A DNA stretch of 64,000 nt from Desulfomonilia bacterium. Lineage in GTDB: Bacteria > Desulfobacterota > Desulfomonilia > UBA1062. A program made the translations under genes and the position numbers. Of the stretch, positions 10,998-21,364 are shown piece by piece (the first letter of the stretch is position 1; each line of letters begins with the position of its first letter). The stretch is taken from positions 128,001 through 192,000 of the forward strand of contig CAXXDQ010000002.1 in NCBI GenBank assembly GCA_963664325.2, in the 5' to 3' direction. The notes under the pieces were generated by a model. It ran no database searches. It was not told the DNA's origin and saw only the letters and a program-made list of their open reading frames with translations.

Positions 10998-11996
10998 ATG
11001 AAAAGTCCCAAACCGGATAAATCAATATATGAAGGCAGTCTGACAAAGCTGTATGAAAGGTTCAACGAGCCGGTTATTCCCATGAAGTCGATTGTAAAAT
11101 GGCTTAACGGCTTCGAGGATGAGGACAAACGGACGGCGCTGAAACTGCTTGAAGCTATAGAGTACCATTCGCAGCCGAGACTGGTAAGGGAAACCAGATT
11201 GCTTCATGGCAAAGTCCAGGAAAGGCTTGCTTCAGACGGTTTTGATGAAAAGACACTTGCCGATGTGGATTTCAGCCGTGAATTTACATGCAAGAGCGGT
11301 GATGTCGTATCCTATATTTACCGAAATCAAACCTGATCCCGGTCATAGACTTCAAGACCTTCGATGAGCTTTCAAGTCAGACGGAAAAGTGCGCAGGGCG
11401 GTACAAAAGACCGTGCTCTTCTCATTCTGGATGACTATATAGGCACCGGCTCGCAGTTTATTTTCCAGTTTATCGGAAGAAGCGAGGAAGACATCAGGGT
11501 TCTCAACTGTTACAGGAAGGTTTATCTTGTTTGCTATATCATCCATGAGGACGCCCTCAAAAAGTTCAGGCTTCTGGCTGATGGTAAAATTGAAGAAGCT
11601 TTGGCAATTGAGGAGGAGCAGTTTCCCAATTTAAATATGTATGCCGAAAAGAAAAGTTTCCGCCGTGCTTTGTCAAAACTTGACTGGAAAAATATAGAGC
11701 TTGTCTATCTTGACGTGGATAAGCCCATTCTGGATGCCTCGAATGTTTTGTTAAGCATGCAGGAAAAAATCGATATAGAGAGACTCTTGGACAAATTCAA
11801 GCATGAAGGATATTCAGGCACATCCTTTCTGATGGGGAATCATACATTTTTTTACGGCGCACCGAATTCCCTGCCTGAGATTTTGTGGCCATTATTCAAA
11901 CGCATTGAGGATTTTACAGTTTATACAGAAGGTACCGACGGGCTGATCGGCATTGGCAGCGATGTCATCAGATATGATATTGATGAGGTTCTTTAA
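10998..11996 (+). CDS. Phosphoribosyltransferase-fold protein (PRTase-CE-like), interrupted by two compensating indels
   Basis: WLNGF...ALKLL, KSG..SYIYR, LILDDYIGTGSQF (PRPP-loop-like), FFYGAPNSLPEILWPLFKR; the two ORFs are in the same frame and the gap reads openly in a shifted frame. Confidence 0.65.
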
Positions 11997-12132
11997 TATT
12001 AACTTAATTGAAATCATGTGTGGAAGCAGCTGCTGCCATGGAACCGGGAGAACCGATCAATAAATATGGAGCTTAATTTTTTGGAAAAACCGTCCGATTG
12101 AATAATCATGAAGCATATGAAGGGGAGACTCT

Positions 12133-12762
12133 ATGAAGAACGCATCAGACTCCGATAATCTTACTGACACAATTATTGTTGACCGGATTATACCCTGTCA
12201 GATCGTCCATATATTTATAATTTTCGTGGCAGTCATATTCATGCTGTATGGGTGCGGCACAACAAACAGCAACGGCTCTTGTCCTGTAAAATATGCACTT
12301 CAGAAAGTTTCAGGAGAGAAGGCCTTTAATGACCCGTTCAGTTACTGTAAATGTGCCGGAACAATTGATGTCCCTGACAACAGATATAAAGGCGAAAAGC
12401 TTCCGGATTCTTTGATACCGGATATTAAAAAAAAGATGGATCTGGCTGATGATGTTACCCCTGATTATATCAGGGATACAACCACATGGAGGTGCATGGA
12501 CGGCAAGGTTTTCATCTGCATGACAGGCGCAAATCTCCCGTGCCTTGAAAAGGCGGATACAAGCAGGAAACCGGATGAGGCGATGAATGATTTCTGCAAG
12601 GCCAATCCTGATCTAGACTATATTCCGGCTGCAGTAACCGGCCGTTCGACTGTGTATGAATGGCGGTGCTCCGGAACAAAACCTGTTACTGTAAAACAGG
12701 TGAGCATCCCGGACAAACAGGGTTACCGATCAGATATATGGTTTGAACTCGGCGCAGATTGA
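12133..12762 (+). CDS. Cys-rich putative lipoprotein, unknown function
   Basis: Hydrophobic stretch then LYGC lipobox; WRCMDGKVFIC, GANLPC, YEWRC. Confidence 0.7.
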   Translation: MKNASDSDNLTDTIIVDRIIPCQIVHIFIIFVAVIFMLYGCGTTNSNGSCPVKYALQKVSGEKAFNDPFSYCKCAGTIDVPDNRYKGEKLPDSLIPDIKKKMDLADDVTPDYIRDTTTWRCMDGKVFICMTGANLPCLEKADTSRKPDEAMNDFCKANPDLDYIPAAVTGRSTVYEWRCSGTKPVTVKQVSIPDKQGYRSDIWFELGAD

Positions 12763-14081
12763 AATCAGGTCAGGCGGATTTGTACAAAATGATAGAGAAG
12801 CAACAGACAGGACTCCATATCCATGCAGGATATTTTTTTCTTGTCCTTGCAGGATACTCGGCGACACTAGTAATCAACAAAATTCTAGTCAACGCATTTC
12901 CGCCTGATGTCTATGGGGACTATTCAGTGCTGACTGCCATGCTGCAGGGGCTTGCGCCTCTTGTAACCATAGGGCTTGAGCATGCCATCTTTTCATATTT
13001 CCCAGCCTACGATCTCCAGAACGAGCATCACAAAATAAGGGCCTTCTTCATGTTCAGCATGAGAATCGTTATGCTTACAGGCGCAAGCCTTGTGATAATC
13101 TCGGGATTGTTTGCATGGGTTTTTCACTCCAGACCTGATGCCGGAGACAAATTGCACATCTCTCTGATGTACCCCTGGGTGGCCTTTTTTCTGGGGATAC
13201 TTTCATACTATGTGTGTCTCTTGAGGTTCAAAGGGCATGCATTCCTGGCATACATAACCGGAAACCTGCTTCAGATAATACTTTATGCCATGTTGATATT
13301 CGTAACAAACAAATATGTCAGCCTTACAATTTTTTCGGCAATGATGTTTTATGTGGCAAGCTACGCTGTTGCAATATTCATCATTGCAATCTTCGCACAC
13401 TCAGGGTTCGGAAGACTTACTGGGAATGTTAACGAAGAGGCCTTCACCGACAGGAAAGGATGGCTTAAAACAGGTACCGGCCTGATGATACAGTTCATGG
13501 CGACATATTTCATTATTGCTTTGCCCATAATGATTATTGACGGGCACCAGAATATCCCGGAAAATGATGTCGGCATTGTCGCCCTTGCTCTGAACATATT
13601 CATCATTCCTTTCTCCCTTGTCGAGACCACGATTGATGCATCGGTCATACCCGGGCTTGCATCGGACTTTATCACTGGCGACAGGGCCGGGTTTGTCAGA
13701 CGTCTGAAAGCAATAAACCGCATCAGTATGGTCCTGGCGCTTGCTTATTTCTTGTGCGTTTTTATATTCGGGGTAAGGATAATAGAATTCTTCCATCCTG
13801 GTTTTGTTTCTGCATATTCATATTCCCTTATTTTCTGCGCCGGTTTTGCTGTGAACATGGGCATGCTTACAACCCAGGCGGTTGCTCCTTTCATAGGGCT
13901 CAATGCACAGATATCAAAACTTTTCGTATTCTGTTTTTTCTTCGAACTTTTTACAGGAATTTTTGCAACCCGGCTTTTCGGGATAAAGGGTATGGTTTCG
14001 GTACTTGCCATTGTGCAGGTTATGCTTGGAAGCGTTCCGGTATGGCTGGTCTATAAAAAGCTTAAAATCTGGTCATTATAA
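12759..14081 (+). CDS. Wzx-like oligosaccharide flippase / MOP-superfamily exporter
   Basis: Many TM segments; PDVYGDYS and DVGIVALA half-repeat motifs. Confidence 0.75.
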   Translation: MKSGQADLYKMIEKQQTGLHIHAGYFFLVLAGYSATLVINKILVNAFPPDVYGDYSVLTAMLQGLAPLVTIGLEHAIFSYFPAYDLQNEHHKIRAFFMFSMRIVMLTGASLVIISGLFAWVFHSRPDAGDKLHISLMYPWVAFFLGILSYYVCLLRFKGHAFLAYITGNLLQIILYAMLIFVTNKYVSLTIFSAMMFYVASYAVAIFIIAIFAHSGFGRLTGNVNEEAFTDRKGWLKTGTGLMIQFMATYFIIALPIMIIDGHQNIPENDVGIVALALNIFIIPFSLVETTIDASVIPGLASDFITGDRAGFVRRLKAINRISMVLALAYFLCVFIFGVRIIEFFHPGFVSAYSYSLIFCAGFAVNMGMLTTQAVAPFIGLNAQISKLFVFCFFFELFTGIFATRLFGIKGMVSVLAIVQVMLGSVPVWLVYKKLKIWSL

Positions 14082-14164
14082 CGCGGTGTCATAAAAAGAC
14101 CCCTTGAACTTGGCAGTGTATTTGTCTTATAAGCTTACAAAATTTCTAATTTGGAGGACCGGTT

Positions 14165-16066
14165 ATGAAATACAGTTCATATGAAGAGGCATACAGCCGT
14201 TCCATGAATGATCCCGAAGGATTCTGGGCTGAAGCCGCTGAAACGGTGGCATGGGTTAAAAAGTGGGACAGCGTTATTTCGAGTCCCAAGCCAAACTTCT
14301 ACAGATGGTTTGAAGGCGCCGAAATGAACACCTGCTACAACGCAGTAGACAGGCATGTCGAAAACGGAAGGAAAGACCAGGCCGCAATTATTTATGACAG
14401 CCCGGTCACCGGAATAGTCAAAAAAATCACATACGGTGAGCTCCTTGCCCAGGTCTCGCTTGTTGCCGGCATGCTCAAGAAGCAAGGTGTTGAAAAGGGC
14501 GACCGGGTTATCATATACATGCCTATGATTCCTGAAACTCTTTTTGCCATGCTGGCGTGTGCACGTATAGGCGCAGTTCATTCGGTTGTTTTCGGCGGAT
14601 TTGCACCTAATGAGCTTGCTGTAAGGATTGAAGATGCAAAACCGAAAGTCATGCTGAGTGCAACATGCGGCATTGAGCCCAAGGGTGCGATTGCTTATAA
14701 ACCTCTACTTGATAAGGCGATTGAGCTTTCCGGGCATAAGCCTGAAAAATGTATAATCTTTGAACGCGAACAGGTCAGGGCTGAGTTGATTCCCGGACGT
14801 GACATTGACTGGAAGGAAGCCATGGTCGGGGTGCAACCGGCAGAATGCGTTACAGTAAAGGCAACAGACCCCCTTTATATCCTTTATACTTCAGGTACGA
14901 CAGGCATACCAAAAGGCGTTGTAAGGGATAACGGCGGCCATGCTGTTGCATTGATGTGGTCTATGAAGAATATATATGCCGCCCTGCCCGGAGATGTCTA
15001 CTGGGCCGCATCAGATGTCGGCTGGGTTGTCGGGCATTCGTACATAGTTTATGCACCTCTTCTTTACGGCGCCACGACTATCGTATATGAAGGCAAACCG
15101 GTCGGCACACCTGACCCCGGTGCATTCTGGAGGGTAATCAATGAACATAAGGTGAAGGTGCTCTTCACTGCACCGACTGCATTTCGTGCCATAAAAAAGG
15201 AAGATCCTGCCGGCACATTCGTTAAAAAATATGACATCTCATGCCTTAGATATCTTTTTCTGGCAGGTGAAAGGCTTGACCCTGATACCTATCACTGGGC
15301 GAGTAATCTTTTGAATATCCCTGTCATTGACCACTGGTGGCAGACTGAAACGGGCTGGGCGATTGCAGCCAACTGCGTGGGTATTGAACTGCTGCCTGTA
15401 AAAGCAGGATCTCCGACAAAACCTGTACCGGGCTACAATATAAAAGTGCTTGATGAAAACGGCACCGAGCTTCCAAACGGTTCAGAAGGAACGATTGCGG
15501 TCAAACTGCCACTTCCTCCAAGCTGCCTGCCAACTTTATGGCAAAGAGATGATGCGTTTGTTTCTTCATACCTGAGCAATTTCGAAGGATATTATACGAC
15601 CGGCGACGGCGGGTTCAAGGATGCGGACGGTTATATCTATATCATGGGCCGTGTTGACGACATAATAAATGTTGCCGGCCACAGGCTTTCAACAGGCGGT
15701 ATGGAAGAGGTTGTCGCCAAGCACCCCGATGTTGCCGAATGTGCTGTAATAGGGGTCGATGACCAGCTGAAGGGGCAGGTGCCTGTCGGGTTCGCGGTTT
15801 TAAAGGCGGGTGTCACCAGAGACCCAGGTGTGATTCAGAAAGAGGTTGTCAAGATGGTCCGGGACCAGATCGGCGCGCTTGCCTGCCTTAAAGATATTGC
15901 CATTGTATCAAGGCTTCCCAAGACCAGGAGCGGAAAGATACTCCGCGGGACAATGCGCAATATTGCCGATGGCAAGGAATACAAGGTGCCTTCTACGATA
16001 GAAGACCCGGCGGTTTTGGGTGAGATAGGTGAAGCACTCAAAGGTGTAGGCTATCCGAAACAGTAG
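14165..16066 (+). CDS. prpE: Propionyl-CoA / short-chain acyl-CoA synthetase
   Basis: YILYTSGTTGIPKG, DHWWQTETG, GRVDD, LPKTRSGKILR. Confidence 0.85.
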   Translation: MKYSSYEEAYSRSMNDPEGFWAEAAETVAWVKKWDSVISSPKPNFYRWFEGAEMNTCYNAVDRHVENGRKDQAAIIYDSPVTGIVKKITYGELLAQVSLVAGMLKKQGVEKGDRVIIYMPMIPETLFAMLACARIGAVHSVVFGGFAPNELAVRIEDAKPKVMLSATCGIEPKGAIAYKPLLDKAIELSGHKPEKCIIFEREQVRAELIPGRDIDWKEAMVGVQPAECVTVKATDPLYILYTSGTTGIPKGVVRDNGGHAVALMWSMKNIYAALPGDVYWAASDVGWVVGHSYIVYAPLLYGATTIVYEGKPVGTPDPGAFWRVINEHKVKVLFTAPTAFRAIKKEDPAGTFVKKYDISCLRYLFLAGERLDPDTYHWASNLLNIPVIDHWWQTETGWAIAANCVGIELLPVKAGSPTKPVPGYNIKVLDENGTELPNGSEGTIAVKLPLPPSCLPTLWQRDDAFVSSYLSNFEGYYTTGDGGFKDADGYIYIMGRVDDIINVAGHRLSTGGMEEVVAKHPDVAECAVIGVDDQLKGQVPVGFAVLKAGVTRDPGVIQKEVVKMVRDQIGALACLKDIAIVSRLPKTRSGKILRGTMRNIADGKEYKVPSTIEDPAVLGEIGEALKGVGYPKQ

Positions 16067-16097
16067 TAAAGGAAAGAAAATTATCTATTGATCATAT

Positions 16098-16136
16098 AAG
16101 TCTGTCCGGTTTTTATGCCGGGCAGACTTTCTTTTT
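16098..16136 (+). terminator. Rho-independent terminator
   Basis: aagtctgtccgg-loop-ccgggcagactt followed by T-rich tail, between convergent genes. Confidence 0.75.
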
Positions 16137-16159
16137 ATGATACCGTACATTCAGGCCGG

Positions 16160-17647
16160 TTATATCCCGCCTGCGGTTTTTGTTGAAGGAGCGGCCTCTG
16201 CAACCGGTTTCCCGTTGGCCGACTTCTTTTGAGAGACGTTTTTTTCCTGGGCTGCCGCCGCTTTTGCGGCGACCTGGGCCGCCTTCTTTTCATTCAGCTT
16301 AGCTATGAATGCCTTGCAGTCCGGTGTTGAATATTTTTTTCTTTGAGCAATCTCCATTGCGGAATAGCTGTAAGTGTATTTATTCTGAGGGCTCCAGAAA
16401 AGCCAGCCCGTTCCGCATGAATCCAGCGTCGCCTTGATCTGGGATTCCATATACCAGGGGCCGAATCCTTTGGTAATACCCATTGGAAAAGCCTGTAGCC
16501 ATGGCCTGACGATTACTTTATCTCCAACGAGTTCTTTCATCATGGATATGCCGTCATAGACAAATTTGTAAGGCTCGTCGGCAGGATTTTTTATTCCGGA
16601 AAAGCCCTTTTCAAAATGTGACGGATAAAGCATGGGGGAAACAATATCCACGTACTGGGAAAGCATCTTTACGTCCTGACCCACAACCATTACATCAATT
16701 GACCTTTGCCATATGACAATTCCGAACATGTCCATTGAAAGAAGGATTCCTTTTTGGGATGTAATGTCATGAACCCTTCTGATGAAATTTGTAATGATGT
16801 CAGGCCTGGTTTTGCCTTCTACTCCTGTGTTTCTTTCTGAATCTGCATGGTAGCGGATATAATCAAGCTGTATCTCGTCGACTCCGGTGTTCGCGATTTC
16901 CCTGATAACGGTAAGCAGATATTCCTGAACTTCCGGATTTGTAGGGTTTAAGAACTGTTTGGTGTAAACCCAATTCGGTTTGGTACGTGCCATTATCGGG
17001 TCTCTGAACACAACTACCCTTGCAACAACATGCATGCCCATGCGGTGCAGCAGCTCGATCATCTTGGAAATATCCTCGATATTTGGGGTGTAGTTTTCTT
17101 TTGGGCAGTATTTTTTTGGTATGTCACTTTTGAATGTTATGGCTCCCAGATCATCTTTTGCGTCAAAGACTATCGTATTACCTCCGCACTGCTTGAGCCT
17201 TTCCGCTGAATCAAGTATAAAACGTGTGCCGGCATTCGAGGTGTTAATATAAAGGCCTTTGGCAATAAAGTCCTTTGGTTTTGGAATTGCTTGGGGTCTT
17301 AACGGCTGAGCCCATGCAATTGGAATTTTTATAGTCTGGCCGGGTGACAGGCCGGCGGTTATGCCATTTATATTTTTGATAGTATTGAGGAGCTCCTTTT
17401 TTGTGTAGGCGGAAGTATATGGCATAAATTTGGAAGCAATCCTGCTGAGCGTTTCACCTTTCTCCACTGTGTACAGATATGTTCCGGGCTGGGGCTGGGA
17501 TGGCTGTTGTTGCGGCTGCCGGACTTGCTGAGCCTGAGAAATCGCAGTTTGGGAGATCGGCTGATTATAGTTCGCCGAATAAAGAGGTTCCATAAATATC
17601 AAAACCAATCCGATTGCCAATAGATGCTTCAGTTGTCTTATTTTCAT
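16160..17647 (-). CDS. Secreted LysM + DUF4015-like putative glycoside hydrolase
   Basis: Signal peptide, Q/P-rich linker, LysM (YTVEKGETLSRIA), ARVVVFRD, DEIQLDYIRY, SPMLYPSH, RPWLQAF. Confidence 0.8.
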   Translation of the reverse strand: MKIRQLKHLLAIGLVLIFMEPLYSANYNQPISQTAISQAQQVRQPQQQPSQPQPGTYLYTVEKGETLSRIASKFMPYTSAYTKKELLNTIKNINGITAGLSPGQTIKIPIAWAQPLRPQAIPKPKDFIAKGLYINTSNAGTRFILDSAERLKQCGGNTIVFDAKDDLGAITFKSDIPKKYCPKENYTPNIEDISKMIELLHRMGMHVVARVVVFRDPIMARTKPNWVYTKQFLNPTNPEVQEYLLTVIREIANTGVDEIQLDYIRYHADSERNTGVEGKTRPDIITNFIRRVHDITSQKGILLSMDMFGIVIWQRSIDVMVVGQDVKMLSQYVDIVSPMLYPSHFEKGFSGIKNPADEPYKFVYDGISMMKELVGDKVIVRPWLQAFPMGITKGFGPWYMESQIKATLDSCGTGWLFWSPQNKYTYSYSAMEIAQRKKYSTPDCKAFIAKLNEKKAAQVAAKAAAAQEKNVSQKKSANGKPVAEAAPSTKTAGGI

Positions 17648-17711
17648 TGAATCATTATATTATGACAGGGTTCGTATTAACAAGAAAGATATCAGCTATA
17701 GACGATAATTT

Positions 17712-18308
17712 CTAAACACAGCCGATTGATTCCAGGGCCTTTAAACACTGATCAGCATTTTCAAACAGGATTGTTTTAATGCCCATGTTTCCTGCCGCTT
17801 CAATGTTTGCAGGCGAATCATCGATAAACACTGTCCGGGCAGGTTCAATTCGGTATGTTGAAAGGAGGTACATGAATATCCGGGGATCAGGTTTGACCAT
17901 ATTGATCCTGCATGAAATAACGGCACCTTCAAAGATGTTCAGGAATGAATATTTCTCCTCAAGGTAAGTTATTGATGCAGCATGCATGTTCGAAAGGCAG
18001 AAAAGACTGTGGCCTTTGCTTTTGAGCAGATGCAACAGCTCTATTGTTTCAGTCTCAGGGATCAGAGAAGGAGGGACGCTATTCATGAACCGGATTATAT
18101 ATTCGGGGTTTAATCCGGTTCTGTCGGTGCATCGTTTAACGGCTTCAGAAAGCGAGATAGACCCGCGGTCCAGTTCGATCCAATCATTGTGTTTAATGAG
18201 CTTTGATAAAAGAATTTCCTGAATCTTAAAATCATCTGTGAAACTCTGTACCAGCTTTTCGGGTTTCCAGGAAACAACCACTCCACCCAGATCAAATATA
18301 ACGTTCAT
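17712..18308 (-). CDS. HAD family phosphatase
   Basis: FDLGGV, LSN, KPDPRIF, FIDD. Confidence 0.9.
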   Translation of the reverse strand: MNVIFDLGGVVVSWKPEKLVQSFTDDFKIQEILLSKLIKHNDWIELDRGSISLSEAVKRCTDRTGLNPEYIIRFMNSVPPSLIPETETIELLHLLKSKGHSLFCLSNMHAASITYLEEKYSFLNIFEGAVISCRINMVKPDPRIFMYLLSTYRIEPARTVFIDDSPANIEAAGNMGIKTILFENADQCLKALESIGCV

Positions 18309-18322
18309 TATTATATGAAAGG

Positions 18323-18349
18323 CCTGCCTGGCGCAAACAGCCAGGCAGG
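18323..18349 (-). terminator. Hairpin after aminotransferase gene
   Basis: cctgcctggc-gcaaaca-gccaggcagg, perfect 10-bp stem. Confidence 0.55.
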
Positions 18350-18358
18350 GTGAATGAA

Positions 18359-19594
18359 TCAGCTGCCGAATTTTGCTTTTACGGCTTTGAATGCCTTGTC
18401 TGAAACATCGAGTGTCTTTTTGATGTCATCTTCAGTGTGTGCCGCGCTGAGGAACATGTTGTGGTGCCAGAAGAAATATACACCGTTGAGCGAGCACTCC
18501 TTGCAGAACAGCTGCGCACGTTTGTAATTTGTCTCATTTGTAAAATGAATGAAGGGAAATGGATTCGGTCCTGACACCTTGAACTGAAGTCCATGACCTG
18601 ATGCCAGCTGCTCAAGGCCGTTTCTCAGCTGCAATCCTCTTTCATTACAGATCCCGGCTGCATCAATGGCTTTCATCTCGTCTATGCATGCTATAGCGGC
18701 AGCCATTTCGGGAGAGTTGTTCCAGTATGAACCGGTCTGGAATGGTTTTGATGCGGTTAATTTCATTTTCTCACTGCCCACTATTGCAGATATAGAATAT
18801 CCGTTTGCGATGGCCTTGCAGTAACATGCGAGGTCCGGCTTGAATCCGAAATAATGAGCCGAGCCCTTAATGTCCAGTCTCCATCCCGCCCTGACATCAT
18901 CGATGATAAGAACTATGTCGTTATCGTCACAAATTTTTCTTATTGCCTGCCAGTACCCCGGAGCAGGCAGTTTCTGCTCTTCAAACACGGGATGATGGTA
19001 CGGCATGAACATTGCACCTGCAACCTGTCCCTTGTTTTCATCAACCAGCCTTTGGAAGTCGGCCACATCTCCCCAGTTAACCATTAATATCTGGGATCTG
19101 TCAGAGGGAGAGATTCCTGAATGGTTAGTCCCGGCCCAGGGCTGAGTCCCGTGATAATGACCTTTGCAGAGAATAATCTTATCACGTCTTTTATAGGCGC
19201 GTGCAATTACTATCGCCCAGGAAGTGGTGTCGGCGCCATTTTTTGCGAACATCGCCCAGTCTGCAATTTCGATTGTTTCGACCATCTTTTCGGCCAGTTC
19301 AACCAGAAGAGCGGTGGGAGGCATTGTTGATGTGCCCAGCTTTGCCTGCTTTGCAAAAGCCTCGTCAACTTTATCGTTTGCATAACCAAGGATCATTGGC
19401 CCGTATGCACAGGCATAGTCAATGTATTCATTGCCATCTACATCCCAGAATCTCGGGCCTTTTGCCTTGGAAATAAAATAAGGATAAGAGCCCGGGATTA
19501 AAGTGGCCGGGTTAAAGTGGCCATATATTCCCTGAGGGATAACTTTAACAGCCCTCCTGAACATTTCCATTGATTTATCAAATTTATATGACAT
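18359..19594 (-). CDS. Class III aminotransferase, GSA-aminomutase-like paralog
   Basis: WDVDGNEYIDY, GPMILG, YHG, DDVRAGWR, CKAIANG PLP lysine. Confidence 0.88.
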   Translation of the reverse strand: MSYKFDKSMEMFRRAVKVIPQGIYGHFNPATLIPGSYPYFISKAKGPRFWDVDGNEYIDYACAYGPMILGYANDKVDEAFAKQAKLGTSTMPPTALLVELAEKMVETIEIADWAMFAKNGADTTSWAIVIARAYKRRDKIILCKGHYHGTQPWAGTNHSGISPSDRSQILMVNWGDVADFQRLVDENKGQVAGAMFMPYHHPVFEEQKLPAPGYWQAIRKICDDNDIVLIIDDVRAGWRLDIKGSAHYFGFKPDLACYCKAIANGYSISAIVGSEKMKLTASKPFQTGSYWNNSPEMAAAIACIDEMKAIDAAGICNERGLQLRNGLEQLASGHGLQFKVSGPNPFPFIHFTNETNYKRAQLFCKECSLNGVYFFWHHNMFLSAAHTEDDIKKTLDVSDKAFKAVKAKFGS

Positions 19595-19606
19595 AACGAT
19601 TACCTC

Positions 19607-20359
19607 CTATTGAAGATATACGCCGACTTTGTCGAGGTATGTATTGACAATATCGCCCATATGTAGATCGCCTTCAAGAACCATATCGCCGAGGCATATT
19701 GCTGCAAACACATCGACCTTGTCGTCGGCAAGGTCCAGGAAGATGTCTTCATTTGCAAAACCCATAATCAGGTCAGCTTCGTCTGCCTTGCCGTTCCTGC
19801 CTATTGTTGAACCGCCTGTGAACAGGATATTGGCCGCATAACCATTCTTTATGCTGAGCTCCGCCACACCATGCAGCGTATCGGCTGTCGCTTTTGATTC
19901 TGGCTCGTTATTGCATATGGCTGCGATTGTTTTGGCTACGGTGTTGAGCAGCAGCTTGGATTTGAGTTTTTTGGGGGGATTGGGTCCCTGAAGTATTTTA
20001 TCAAGCCGGTCACCAAGCTTGATAAATGTCAGAAGGCCGGGTGCCTTGTGGAATTTCCATGGCATTATCAGCGGGATCGGAATACCGAATCCTTTTTTCG
20101 AAAGCATATTGGTCATCCATTTCTTAAGCGGGAAGAACATGGTAATGTCAGGATTTCCGGCTTTGCCAGGGGTGACTTTTATAGTTGAATCACAAATGCT
20201 GATGGTAGCTTTCGGACCGCCTATTCCGGCAACAAAGAGGATGTTGACTTTCTTGCCGGCAATCAGCGCAGCAGACTCAGGGTCATCCTGAGCAAGGATC
20301 TCGAAATTCGTGAAGATCGCGTCCAAGAAAACATGTGCTAAAACATTTTCATTTGGCAT
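19607..20359 (-). CDS. Hypothetical protein, probable SCP2-like lipid-binding domain(s)
   Basis: C-terminal ADLIMGF...DVFAAICLGDMVLEGDL resembles the SCP2 pattern. Confidence 0.5.
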   Translation of the reverse strand: MPNENVLAHVFLDAIFTNFEILAQDDPESAALIAGKKVNILFVAGIGGPKATISICDSTIKVTPGKAGNPDITMFFPLKKWMTNMLSKKGFGIPIPLIMPWKFHKAPGLLTFIKLGDRLDKILQGPNPPKKLKSKLLLNTVAKTIAAICNNEPESKATADTLHGVAELSIKNGYAANILFTGGSTIGRNGKADEADLIMGFANEDIFLDLADDKVDVFAAICLGDMVLEGDLHMGDIVNTYLDKVGVYLQ

Positions 20360-20384
20360 ATGTACCTCCTCAGTATTTGTAGGT

Positions 20385-20400
20385 GTGAGCGATTGCTCAC
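20385..20400. promoter_or_regulatory. Palindromic operator candidate GTGAGC-GATT-GCTCAC
   Basis: Perfect 6-bp arms about 25 bp upstream of the start codon of the 20359 gene. Confidence 0.5.
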
Positions 20401-20451
20401 TCGCTATTTGCTATCATCTATCATATGTGTAGTCAATACAATTTTCTATAT

Positions 20452-20946
20452 CTATACGCTTGCTATACCATAGCGTTTGAGATAGCTTCCTATGAATTCT
20501 GCAATGATAGTCGAGAAAAGCATGTCTTCCCTGCTGAATCCCCCGGGTGTTTTATCTGCCAGATTGAGCACCCCTTCAACTTCATTGTCGTCTTTGATCA
20601 ATAGGCACATAAAAGATTTTGTACTGTATTTGTCCTTATTATGAAAACCGATTTCTTCTTCAATGTTTTTTATCAGAAGTGATGTGTTGCGCGAAATTGT
20701 CAAGTTCATGATGCTTTTATCATGATTGTCAACATGGATGAAAGGATCATCTCCAATATCCTGGTGGTTGTGTGCCCTTAGTTCAAGTTCTCCGGATGAA
20801 TGATTTTTTATGAAAAGCGAACAGTACTTAGCCCCTACTGCTGCAGGCAATTCATGCGTGACGATTTCAATCAGTGTCTCGACTGTCCTGGCTGCCTTTA
20901 TGGCTTTAATATGAGTGTAGATATTTTCAAGATATGCGCCTTCCAT
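20452..20946 (-). CDS. Stand-alone GAF domain protein
   Basis: CSLFI, YSTKSFMC, GVLNLADK...FSRED. Confidence 0.8.
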   Translation of the reverse strand: MEGAYLENIYTHIKAIKAARTVETLIEIVTHELPAAVGAKYCSLFIKNHSSGELELRAHNHQDIGDDPFIHVDNHDKSIMNLTISRNTSLLIKNIEEEIGFHNKDKYSTKSFMCLLIKDDNEVEGVLNLADKTPGGFSREDMLFSTIIAEFIGSYLKRYGIASV

Positions 20947-21151
20947 AATTTTCCCTCCGCTTAATCATTACTTCATCTTCATATCGGTTTCTTTTTGTAT
21001 TATGCTTTAGCAGTAAATAAATATTTGTAAAATTATATTTCCTATTTTTTACACCAATACCATAATAATGTGAAAATTCGATGCTTGACTTGAATGATTA
21101 TTATGTATGTATTATATTATAATTAATTAGAATTAATAAATGAGGTATTAA

Positions 21152-21364
21152 TTGGAAATACTTGATACGCTTGAAGACAAAATTAACCAACTTTTACAAA
21201 CGGTTGAAGCCTTGAAAAAAGATAACAGCGGGCTCACCGAAAAGCTTATAGAAAAGGAGGAAGAGGCTAACGGTCTCAGCACGCAGATTGAAGCGTTAAT
21301 AGCTGAGAAGGAAAGAGTGAAAGAGAAAGTCGAACACCTTATTAAGTGTGTCGAAACATTTTAA
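21152..21364 (+). CDS. zapB: ZapB-like coiled-coil cell division protein
   Basis: LEDKINQLLQTVEALKKDN heptads; directly upstream of zapA. Confidence 0.7.
   Translation: MEILDTLEDKINQLLQTVEALKKDNSGLTEKLIEKEEEANGLSTQIEALIAEKERVKEKVEHLIKCVETF

Noticed and set aside
11334-11351. Selenocysteine or pyrrolysine readthrough of TGA/TAG in the PRTase gene
   Set aside because: Two stops in six codons; compensating single-base indels explain it more simply
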